DNA from: a virus
Length of the DNA: 36,551 nucleotides
Virus record (IMG/VR): IMGVR_UViG_3300023313_000018
Coordinates: 1-36,551 of that record
Reading direction: 5' to 3' (one strand)
Part shown: piece by piece, positions 7,551-15,214 of the stretch
How positions within the stretch are numbered: position 1 is the stretch's first letter
Layout: the number at the start of each line of letters is the position of its first letter
Made by a program: the position numbers and the translations under genes
The notes under the pieces: model-generated
The model's database searches: none
The model's input: only the letters and a program-made list of their open reading frames with translations
Told to the model about the DNA's origin: nothing

Positions 7551-7616
7551 ATTATTATCCCCGTTATATATTTTAAAAATGTATTTTATTCTAATATTAG
7601 AATATTATTGTTAGTG

Positions 7617-7784
7617 TCATTTATATAATTCTTGTATTTTATCCAGCATTTCAACTATATGATTCTCGATTATTCTTTCTACTAAATAGTACTTATATGG
7701 CTCACTTTTCAGATTAAAAATATCATTTATATCAGTTTCAACCTGCATAACAATTCTATCTATGTATTTTTGTTTTATATTCAT
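7617..7784 (-). CDS. Hypothetical small protein (55 aa, MNIKQKYIDRIVMQ...)
   Basis: Not in the track. Its ATG overlaps the TGA of 7781..8005 (ATGA). I translated it by hand to a TGA at 7617. Confidence 0.5.
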   Translation of the reverse strand: MNIKQKYIDRIVMQVETDINDIFNLKSEPYKYYLVERIIENHIVEMLDKIQELYK

Positions 7785-8005
7785 CCCTCAACGTCCTTTA
7801 AAACCTTATTTAATATCGGCACTAAACTGCCATTTATTTTTATCTCTTTATTGATAGCATCTTTCAGCTTCTTGTTATTTAACTTTGTACACTCATGAAC
7901 TTCTAGCAAATTACTAAGCCTAAGATTTAGCTTTTTGTTTTCGGCTTCTAGTTCTATTAGTTTTTGTAGGTATTCAACTTCTCGCTCTGTCATTTCGGCT
8001 ATCAT
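7781..8005 (-). CDS. Hypothetical coiled-coil protein (74 aa)
   Basis: Track ORF with heptad-like, Leu/Lys/Glu-rich sequence. Its start is coupled to the upstream stop. Confidence 0.65.
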   Translation of the reverse strand: MIAEMTEREVEYLQKLIELEAENKKLNLRLSNLLEVHECTKLNNKKLKDAINKEIKINGSLVPILNKVLKDVEG

Positions 8006-8652
8006 TATTCACCATCCTTGCAATAAGTTAAATCCTCTGACCACTGGTTCGCCATCGCCCTTGCTATCCCTGGAAATGTTTTACTTCTTATTTTCGACCT
8101 TTCTGCTTTTGGTAATTTTATTGCGTCTGCATACCAACTAGGCATTGACTTCCCACTTTTATAAAATGTTCGCGGTGGTGGCTCAACTATGTCTGTCGGT
8201 CTTAAGTCTGGTAGCCCTTTTAACCATAAACATGTTTTTTTCTCAAAGGCATCACCAAACTGGTATGGGTTTATTATTTGATCTGGTTTTCTCCAAAAGC
8301 TAGACATAACCCCGACTGGGTTTTCTATGGCAATTTTACTACAATCAGCGTTAGCTATCATCATAAAGAAATCTTTTGCCGTCTCTCTGTCTTTGTGTCT
8401 TTGGACTGCTTTGTCCCCATACTTTTCTACATTAAACCACCTATTACCTGTGACAGTTAAGTAGGTGCATGGAGGGAAACCGATAATCATATCCAATTTA
8501 TCTTTTAACACCTCTACCAAATCTTGCTGGAGATGCCATTCAGGGTGTCCTCCACTACAGGGCAATATGTCACAACTATATGCTTCGTGCCCTAATTTTC
8601 TAAATTCCTTGCATACAGCTTGGCTTTCTTCACAGGCAAGTAATATTTTCAT
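8005..8652 (-). CDS. Minimal DNA cytosine-5 methyltransferase-like protein
   Basis: 215 aa with FPPCTYLT (motif IV PC) and IAIENPVG (motif VI ENV-like). I see no clear FxGxG motif I and very little room for a target-recognition domain. Confidence 0.5.
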   Translation of the reverse strand: MKILLACEESQAVCKEFRKLGHEAYSCDILPCSGGHPEWHLQQDLVEVLKDKLDMIIGFPPCTYLTVTGNRWFNVEKYGDKAVQRHKDRETAKDFFMMIANADCSKIAIENPVGVMSSFWRKPDQIINPYQFGDAFEKKTCLWLKGLPDLRPTDIVEPPPRTFYKSGKSMPSWYADAIKLPKAERSKIRSKTFPGIARAMANQWSEDLTYCKDGE

Positions 8653-9099
8653 TTATTCACCTTCCTTACAATATTCAAGCGTATCTGCCCACGCATAAAT
8701 GGTTCGGTAGTTTGGTGCTAGGGTGCATTTTTCTTTGTGATAGGGGGTTGTTAACTCATTTCTTTTTAAGTATAAGTTTATTCTGTTTAAGTCTTTTGTT
8801 AAAAATTTAACCTCACCGTAATTACAAATATACTCCCTAAGCTCTATTTTCTCACGTTCCTCTGGTTTGTCGTATAGGTCGTCTAGTGTTATTAATTTGC
8901 AAGTTTTGTCATTATCCTGACTACTTGTATCCCAACCCATATCTGAAGTAGAGTGAACATAAATTATTTTACACTTGTCGCCATTCTCTTCAATAAACCT
9001 ACTTGTAAAACCACTACACCATAAATCATAAAGCCGATCAAGCACGGTCTTACAGTGTTCTTTGTTTTTAATCTTAATCTTCACGTTTTTTAGTTTCAT
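8653..9099 (-). CDS. Hypothetical protein (148 aa from ATG 9099)
   Basis: Track ORF 8653..9156 starts at a TTG. The internal ATG 9099 has GGAG 8 nt upstream and is preferred. Confidence 0.6.
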   Translation of the reverse strand: MKLKNVKIKIKNKEHCKTVLDRLYDLWCSGFTSRFIEENGDKCKIIYVHSTSDMGWDTSSQDNDKTCKLITLDDLYDKPEEREKIELREYICNYGEVKFLTKDLNRINLYLKRNELTTPYHKEKCTLAPNYRTIYAWADTLEYCKEGE

Positions 9100-9168
9100 T
9101 TCATCATCTCCAATATTACGGCCCAAAAGGTTACGATTATTATTAGCGTTATCCAATTTGTTATTAGT

Positions 9169-9381
9169 CTAGTCATAATAGAAACCTCTCATTTTGTACT
9201 CCATCAATATAGATGTTCTTGCAATCTCAAAATCCTCACTACCTTGACCTCCCAGGTAAGCAAATATTCTCAAATTTTCTTCCCCTCTTTTAATTGATGT
9301 GCAAATAATTTTATTCCCCTCTTTTTTGAACCGTAACCACGGAACGTCTAGGTACGCATCTCTCTTCTTTAGATTTTCCAA
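9169..9381 (-). CDS. Hypothetical protein (70 aa, TTG start)
   Basis: Track ORF. It overlaps the upstream ORF by 71 nt in a different frame, and GAGG lies about 10 nt before the TTG. Confidence 0.45.
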   Translation of the reverse strand: MENLKKRDAYLDVPWLRFKKEGNKIICTSIKRGEENLRIFAYLGGQGSEDFEIARTSILMEYKMRGFYYD

Positions 9382-9550
9382 TTTCTGTTAACCTCACTCT
9401 CATCTTGTTTTTAAGCTTAACTATCTCTCTATAGTTATTCTCTTTACTAGCTTTAAGCATATTAACTTTAATTTGTAACGTTGCTATGCACGAGAAGAGT
9501 TTCTTATCGTCATTATCTAATTCGCTGTAGTTTATATCTGAAAGCTCCAT
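9311..9550 (-). CDS. Hypothetical protein (79 aa)
   Basis: Track ORF. The N-terminal two thirds look protein-like, while the Arg-rich tail overlaps the next ORF. Confidence 0.5.
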   Translation of the reverse strand: MELSDINYSELDNDDKKLFSCIATLQIKVNMLKASKENNYREIVKLKNKMRVRLTEIGKSKEERCVPRRSVVTVQKRGE

Positions 9551-9780
9551 AAGAAATATGTAGCATGTTTTGTGAGTTTTTCAATATGTGTTGTTATATG
9601 TTCACGGTATTTTTGATTGTATTAATAGACTCGTCCTTGAGTCCATTAATAACTTTCCATCGACTTCTTAAAGTGTTGGACATTGCTTGGTATCTTAGCA
9701 TCATATTATACTTATCAAATCTACAATCAACTGCAATAGAGCATCTAGTTTCAGTGAACCAAGTTTGATATGTTTCTAAT

Positions 9781-10161
9781 TTATTTTGTATCTCTTGAGA
9801 AGGCTTCCACTTCCTCGTAAATGGTATCAATGTCCCCACTTTTAATGATCCCCTTAAGAATTTGCTTGAAACAATTGTAATATGCGTTGGACATAGTTTC
9901 AACTATGATCTCTTCGACTTCCATGCTTACAGCACCACTAAATCTCACACCATTGCGATATAAGACACCATGGCCTAATTCATGGAATAGTGTTGTCCAG
10001 TACTCTTCCCCTTCACGTAGGTTCTTAGCTAAGTATATCGTGGCCGTATCATCTGAACATAACCCCATATACCCGTCGGGTTGACCTTTACACTTTTTCT
10101 TAGTCATTCTATATCGCTTACCTAATACATTTAAACTAGTCAATTCCAACATAACCTCCAA
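9781..10161 (-). CDS. ImmA/IrrE-like zinc metalloprotease (HExxH)
   Basis: 126 aa with TIYLAKNL...WTTLFHELGHGVLY. This is the arrangement seen in COG2856-type ImmA/IrrE peptidases. Confidence 0.6.
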   Translation of the reverse strand: MEVMLELTSLNVLGKRYRMTKKKCKGQPDGYMGLCSDDTATIYLAKNLREGEEYWTTLFHELGHGVLYRNGVRFSGAVSMEVEEIIVETMSNAYYNCFKQILKGIIKSGDIDTIYEEVEAFSRDTK

Positions 10162-10215
10162 GCTATGTCTAAATTATCTAGTATCAAGGTTAGTTAATCA
10201 AATGACTAGATTAGT

Positions 10216-10329
10216 TTATTTTAATGATAAGTAGATTATCGCACGTTCCAACATACTTTCTAATATGCTACCTTTTTCAGCTCTCTCTAATCTAGTCAAT
10301 AATCTCTCAATTTTAGTGTTACGATCCAT
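10216..10329 (-). CDS. Hypothetical small protein (37 aa, MDRNTKIERLL...), first gene of the leftward unit
   Basis: Internal ATG 10329 of track ORF 10216..10398, with GGGAG 6 nt upstream. Confidence 0.4.
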   Translation of the reverse strand: MDRNTKIERLLTRLERAEKGSILESMLERAIIYLSLK

Positions 10330-10347
10330 AAGATTCTCCCTTGACTC

Positions 10348-10399
10348 AGTGTAGCATAGATTCAATTTTATTGCAAATAATTGACGCATAGTGTACAAT
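10348..10399. promoter_or_regulatory. Candidate back-to-back sigma70-type promoters sharing one palindromic -35 (TTGCAA)
   Basis: TTGCAA lies at 10371-10376. Rightward there is a 17-nt spacer then TACAAT at 10394-10399. Leftward there is a 17-nt spacer then TACACT, read as AGTGTA on the plus strand at 10348-10353. This is pattern matching only. Confidence 0.35.
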
Positions 10400-10405
10400 A
10401 GATAT

Positions 10406-10615
10406 ATGAATAAATCTAAAATAAAATCATGGACAACATTCCGAATAAGGGAAGTACTGTCTGAAAACTACACACGAGGAGTAAACGGTACTGACTACTG
10501 CGATATTAAGGATGAATTACAATATGAGCTATGGGAAAGAGAGAATATACAAATTGAAATCGACATAGAAAAGCAAATTAAAGAAAGAGAAGAGTACGAA
10601 AATAGAGAAAAGTAA
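10406..10615 (+). CDS. Hypothetical protein (69 aa from ATG 10406)
   Basis: Track ORF 10391..10615 starts at a GTG that would lie inside the candidate promoter. ATG 10406 is 6 nt after the candidate -10. Confidence 0.5.
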   Translation: MNKSKIKSWTTFRIREVLSENYTRGVNGTDYCDIKDELQYELWERENIQIEIDIEKQIKEREEYENREK

Positions 10616-10927
10616 TAGATGACACATCAATTTTAAAATTGTAGTATATATCTCATGTTACGAAAAACAACGTTAACAAATTCCAAAAATTTACTCAAAA
10701 CACTAACTACCTGTAAAGAGGTAGTTTTAACGCACCTTTTACGAGCAAATGAGCAAATTTTTTTTCAGAAACGGTCTGCGAGCAAAAAAAAGTACACACA
10801 CACTAAAATAATACAATCACTAGTGCTTTTTATTGGTAAACAGTGCGTTAAACCTATTTCTTTACATTCTTAAAATTAAACTATACTTTTCAGCTACTCT
10901 TTCATTACGGACTTTGGGCTAGCCATG

Positions 10928-10949
10928 TAGTGATTAGAGATAATCACTA
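10928..10949 (+). promoter_or_regulatory. 5'-UTR hairpin ahead of the helicase gene
   Basis: TAGTGATTA-GAGA-TAATCACTA forms a 9-bp perfect stem with a 4-nt loop. It ends 8 nt before AGGAGGG and ATG 10970. Confidence 0.4.
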
Positions 10950-10969
10950 TACGCCGTAGGAGGGACGTA

Positions 10970-12496
10970 ATGAAAGAGACTATAGAAGAGAGAACAGCAA
11001 AGTATCTTTTAACTCAGCATCCAAATAAATATGAATTTCGAGGTCAGTCACTTTATAGAGATGGGTCTAGGACTACAAATGTAGTTAAGGAAGTATTGGA
11101 TTCAGATGATTTATTGGACGATTTAGATTTATTCTTAACGGTTAAGCGGTCTGGTTTTGATGTTAAGTCTTATAATTCTAGTGTATTTAATCTAATAAAA
11201 GATCATGTCTTATCGGAAAAGAGAAAAGAAGTAGAAAAATATTTAAGTAAGGACGTTGTACACATAAATGCATCTGATTTTACATTGTTTAAAGACATTG
11301 AAGAAACTAATGAGCATCAAAACAAAGATAAGTTTTTAGTACATAATTCTGATAGTTCTATCGTTACAAGCATGTCTGTCTCAGCTTATAAGCACCTTAT
11401 AGGTGAGGAAGTATTTAGTAACCTAAAACATAACATTCCCCTAGCACGTAGGGTGTTTGATCCCTATTTAATCAATGATACGTTAAACGATAAAAGGTGG
11501 AGTGAATATTGTGATGATTTATATTCAGATATTACTTGTATAAATGAATGCATACACCCTAAGTGGCGATATAATAGAGATAAGACTCTAAAAATTACAG
11601 ATGATGAGTTATTTTTTATCGAGTCATCTTTCACATCTTCTAATGATCTTCAATATTATATTGATGCGGCTTACCATACGATTATAGATAAGATGTGGTC
11701 ATATATTATGTTGTACGGAATTAAGGGCACAGGGAAGACTACCTTGATAGAAATGATAATCCCTTGTGTTGGTACTAATAACTATAGAAAAGCCCCTCAA
11801 AACGCTCTAAAGAAGGAATTTAACGGGTATAAAAAGAACAAGCGTCTTGTTCTGATGGATGAAATGGTCGCTGATACTAATGCAGCAATTAATATTTTAA
11901 AGTCGGATGCAAATAAAGAGTTTAATGTGGAAGAAAAATCACAGGTCACTGAGTCTGTTAAGAACTTTGTGTCTATGTGGATTGCTACTAATAATATATC
12001 TGACTGGAAATTTACTTATGATGAGCGTAGATTCTCAGTGCTTGAACTAACCAAAGAGACAACATTAGATAGGGGTATATCTGATACATGGATGAGTGAA
12101 TTTTCACAGCGAATTGAGTCAGATGAGTGGGCACAAGCATTTTTTAATTATTTAGAGAAAAATAAATCTGTTAACTTCAATACCATGGCCCCATACAGAT
12201 CAGAGGCATTCTATAAGGTAGTCTATGAGTCGTTAACAGGCTGGCAGATGAAGATTGTAGATGAAATACTACTAGGTGAGAGGGTTGACGAAATAAAAAT
12301 ATGTAACCTCTACGATGAGCGTGAAAAGTATCATCCTGAGACGCATAAAAAGATTATAGACTTCCTAGAGAATTATAGACACCGAGGACATAAACTAGGA
12401 GAGTACAAGCGAGGAAAATCCGTTAGGGCCTCATCAATAATACCTTGTGATAAGTACAGAGCTAAGATTAATAATAACTCAGACTTGGTGGATTAA
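10970..12496 (+). CDS. SF3 (D5/P4-like) P-loop helicase, possible primase-helicase
   Basis: 508 aa with Walker A YGIKGTGKTT and Walker B LVLMDEM in the C-terminal half. The strong SD AGGAGGG precedes it. I recognised no primase motif in the N-terminal half. Confidence 0.65.
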   Translation: MKETIEERTAKYLLTQHPNKYEFRGQSLYRDGSRTTNVVKEVLDSDDLLDDLDLFLTVKRSGFDVKSYNSSVFNLIKDHVLSEKRKEVEKYLSKDVVHINASDFTLFKDIEETNEHQNKDKFLVHNSDSSIVTSMSVSAYKHLIGEEVFSNLKHNIPLARRVFDPYLINDTLNDKRWSEYCDDLYSDITCINECIHPKWRYNRDKTLKITDDELFFIESSFTSSNDLQYYIDAAYHTIIDKMWSYIMLYGIKGTGKTTLIEMIIPCVGTNNYRKAPQNALKKEFNGYKKNKRLVLMDEMVADTNAAINILKSDANKEFNVEEKSQVTESVKNFVSMWIATNNISDWKFTYDERRFSVLELTKETTLDRGISDTWMSEFSQRIESDEWAQAFFNYLEKNKSVNFNTMAPYRSEAFYKVVYESLTGWQMKIVDEILLGERVDEIKICNLYDEREKYHPETHKKIIDFLENYRHRGHKLGEYKRGKSVRASSIIPCDKYRAKINNNSDLVD

Positions 12497-14490
12497 TGAA
12501 ACATTGTTCAATAGATTTTGAATACCGTGGAACATCTGAGTCCAAACTAGACTTGATCTGTTGCTCTATGACAACCGATGAAGGTGTCTTTGAATATTGG
12601 TTACGAGATAAGAAAGAATTTGAGAAGTGTAAAACACATATATTAAGTATTAGAGATACTCATAGGTTGTTGTGTTGGAATTATGTAGCTGAGGGGCAAT
12701 CTCTAATCTCAATGAACATCAATCCAATAAAGTTTAAGTGCATTGATGTTCAGCAAGAATATAAAATGCTTCTAAATCACAATCATAAATACATGTATGG
12801 GAAGCAATTAATTGGTGGGAAAGTAGTTACAACACGTCCACCTGATTATGGGAAAGATAAGACGGTTAATAATTCACGCCCTAAGTCCAATCTAGCCGCA
12901 GGGTGTTTTAAACTTCTTAACGTAAAAATAGATACTGAACACAAAGATGAAATGAGAAATATCTGTATCTATGGTTCTACAGCTAAGTTAGAAGAAAATA
13001 GGAAAGTTATTCAAGATTATTGTACCTCAGATACCAAATACTTAATGACAATGTGGGAGATTATAAAAACAGAGTACCTAGAATTTTTCAAAAGAAAGCC
13101 AAGTTGTGTTATGTATGAACACGTATATTTTCGTGCTGAGACAATGGCCAGAACGGCCGTGATGACATCCCTAGGTTATCCCGTAGATGTAGAAAAGATG
13201 AAAAATTTCTCGAAAAACGTACCAAAACTATTAAAAGAATTATGTGAGGATATTAATAGTCAATTTGAATATGATCTTTTTTCTTGGAATAATCGAGAGC
13301 AACGATACTCAAAACAAACTAAAGTCATGAAGAGTCTTATATTAGAGTCTGAATATAAAGATAATTGGATTATGACAGACTCAGGCCAATACTCGCTAAA
13401 ATTAGAAGCTTTTGAAAAACATTTTAATGCAAGACACTCTTTTAAACGTGAGTGCCCTTTTTCTCAGTATCTAAGATATCTAAAAACTCAAAGAAGTTTA
13501 AATGGGTTTATACCGAAAAGTGCTAATGCAAAAAATAAAGAAACGATATACGATAGTCTAGGAAGTGACGGGAGGGTTAGAAGTTGGCTTAATCCCTATG
13601 GATCACAATCTGGACGTTATCAGCCAAAAGCCACAAGTTTTATTCCACTAAAATCAGCGTGGCTTAGAAGTTTAATTATAAGTAAAAAAGGTATGTCCAT
13701 TGCTAGTATCGATTATAAGAGTGAAGAGTTTCTACTTGGTGCTCTATTAAGCAAAGATAAGAATATGCTCGATGCGTATGAGTCGGGTGATGTTTATTTA
13801 CACTTTGCTAAATTAGCTGGAGCCGTTCCACTAGATGGTACAAAAGAAGAGTATAAAGAAGAACGTAACTTATTTAAGGCCACTACTCTTGGTATATCCT
13901 ATCTAATGGGTGCAGAGGCCCTGGGTAGAAAACTGTCATTAGATACTGGTAAAAATATAACTAAGTCAAAAGCACAAGAGTTAATTAACAAATTCTCAAA
14001 AGCATATAGTAAATATACCGAGTATCAAGATGATGTGTATTATACATATCAAAAAAGAAATTTTTGGATGCTCCCCTGTGGCTGGACAATGTTCGGCGAT
14101 AACGAAAATCATAGAAGTGTTAAAAATATGCCTGTTCAAGGTATGGGAAGCTCAATACTAAGAAAAGCAATTCAATTAGCACAAGATGATGGGCTAAAAG
14201 TCCTATTCCCCCTGCACGACGCCCTATACATCGAGTATAAATCAAGCGATCTTAGGGACGTTGATACATTAAAGAGGTGCATGCAAGAAGCATTCGCATT
14301 TTATTTTGAGGGTGATATGAAGAAAAAAGCTTTTGATCTAATTGGGTTTGATGTTGATATTTGGAGTCCTGACTATGTTGATGGGATAGTGACAACACCT
14401 AAAGGTTTAGAGTGTAAGTCTCAATCAATTTATATCGATCAGAGAAGTAAATCAGAATATGAAAAATTTAAACAATATATGGAGCTATAA
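12496..14490 (+). CDS. Family A DNA polymerase with N-terminal 3'-5' exonuclease domain
   Basis: Exo I is CSIDFEY. Motif A is IASIDYKSEEFLLGA, motif B is RNLFKATTLGISYLMG and motif C is LFPLHDALY. Confidence 0.9.
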   Translation: MKHCSIDFEYRGTSESKLDLICCSMTTDEGVFEYWLRDKKEFEKCKTHILSIRDTHRLLCWNYVAEGQSLISMNINPIKFKCIDVQQEYKMLLNHNHKYMYGKQLIGGKVVTTRPPDYGKDKTVNNSRPKSNLAAGCFKLLNVKIDTEHKDEMRNICIYGSTAKLEENRKVIQDYCTSDTKYLMTMWEIIKTEYLEFFKRKPSCVMYEHVYFRAETMARTAVMTSLGYPVDVEKMKNFSKNVPKLLKELCEDINSQFEYDLFSWNNREQRYSKQTKVMKSLILESEYKDNWIMTDSGQYSLKLEAFEKHFNARHSFKRECPFSQYLRYLKTQRSLNGFIPKSANAKNKETIYDSLGSDGRVRSWLNPYGSQSGRYQPKATSFIPLKSAWLRSLIISKKGMSIASIDYKSEEFLLGALLSKDKNMLDAYESGDVYLHFAKLAGAVPLDGTKEEYKEERNLFKATTLGISYLMGAEALGRKLSLDTGKNITKSKAQELINKFSKAYSKYTEYQDDVYYTYQKRNFWMLPCGWTMFGDNENHRSVKNMPVQGMGSSILRKAIQLAQDDGLKVLFPLHDALYIEYKSSDLRDVDTLKRCMQEAFAFYFEGDMKKKAFDLIGFDVDIWSPDYVDGIVTTPKGLECKSQSIYIDQRSKSEYEKFKQYMEL

Positions 14491-15023
14491 TGAAACTACT
14501 ATTTTTAATTATGCTTGTGGCGTGTTCAACTAATAAAAGTAAGAAAATAGTTGAACAGGTTGAGATTTTAAAAACTAATAAAGTTAACTTAGTTAATGTC
14601 ACTAAGCTACGAAACTTTACAAAAAAAGAAGAAATTAAACTTCATAAATATATTAAAGTTATGAATGAGACAATAGCATCTAAGTGCTTCTTTAATTTTA
14701 TAAATAGTCGTAAGATCATTAAAACAAATTCACTTAAAAATAGTGAAGTTATAAACATGCTTAGAACATACAACGTAAAAATAGAACTTGAGATGTATTA
14801 TAAAAGATGGTCTAAAGTATCTGGATACACCGAACCAAATGTTAGTTGGATAAAACTAAATAGAAAATTTCACACTGGTGCGAGTCTATGTTCTGAAGCC
14901 TCTAATCTTGCCCATGAATTAAGTCATAAATTAGGCTTTGGACATTCTTATCGTGCCACAAAACAACGTCCATTCAGTGTCCCTTATTCTATCAATGAAG
15001 GGTTTAAAAAATGCTGTCTATAA
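14490..15023 (+). CDS. Predicted lipoprotein zinc metalloprotease (HExxHxxGxxH)
   Basis: The N-terminus MKLLFLIMLVAC carries a lipobox (LVAC). The C-terminal part has HELSHKLGFGH, matching the metzincin zinc-binding consensus. No Met-turn residue is visible downstream. Confidence 0.6.
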   Translation: MKLLFLIMLVACSTNKSKKIVEQVEILKTNKVNLVNVTKLRNFTKKEEIKLHKYIKVMNETIASKCFFNFINSRKIIKTNSLKNSEVINMLRTYNVKIELEMYYKRWSKVSGYTEPNVSWIKLNRKFHTGASLCSEASNLAHELSHKLGFGHSYRATKQRPFSVPYSINEGFKKCCL

Positions 15024-15214
15024 AGTTATTGAGAGAAGAGATATCAAGGGAAATTGACGAGTTGGTAGATATAAGGCCACAACTATTTGTTGATCGTGAT
15101 AAAGAAAATATTAGGACAAAAGCATATAGACTTAAGAACTTTAAAATTGTAACTAATACACGAAAATTAGAAGTCCTGAGAAAAAGGTGGGCCAGATTAA
15201 ATGAATTTAGATAG
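15011..15214 (+). CDS. Hypothetical protein (67 aa)
   Basis: Track ORF; basic and helical-looking. Confidence 0.55.
   Translation: MLSIKLLREEISREIDELVDIRPQLFVDRDKENIRTKAYRLKNFKIVTNTRKLEVLRKRWARLNEFR

Noticed and set aside
9311-9381. Programmed +1 frameshift or homopolymer indel fusing ORFs 9311..9550 and 9169..9381 at CAAAAAAG
   Set aside because: It is possible on an A6 run, but +1 shifts of this kind are rare. The downstream frame is open only from 9387 and has a plausible TTG start with GAGG upstream. The evidence is not enough to claim recoding, though the homopolymer length is worth checking in the reads.
9594-9902. 102-aa ORF overlapping the metalloprotease gene
   Set aside because: Its first 40 codons overlap the HExxH gene out of frame. 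Only a 36-aa piece from ATG 9704 would be independent, and I see no convincing SD. It is left unannotated.
10655-10873. 72-aa plus-strand ORF in the large intergenic region
   Set aside because: It has no Shine-Dalgarno, unlike nearly all other genes here. Its translation is low-complexity and basic, and the region has repeat and hairpin structure better explained as non-coding.
10616-10969. tRNA or suppressor tRNA that could decode the in-frame TGA
   Set aside because: I could find no cloverleaf-compatible sequence or GTTCRA-type T-loop box in this or any other non-coding gap. A tRNA scan should still be run to confirm this.
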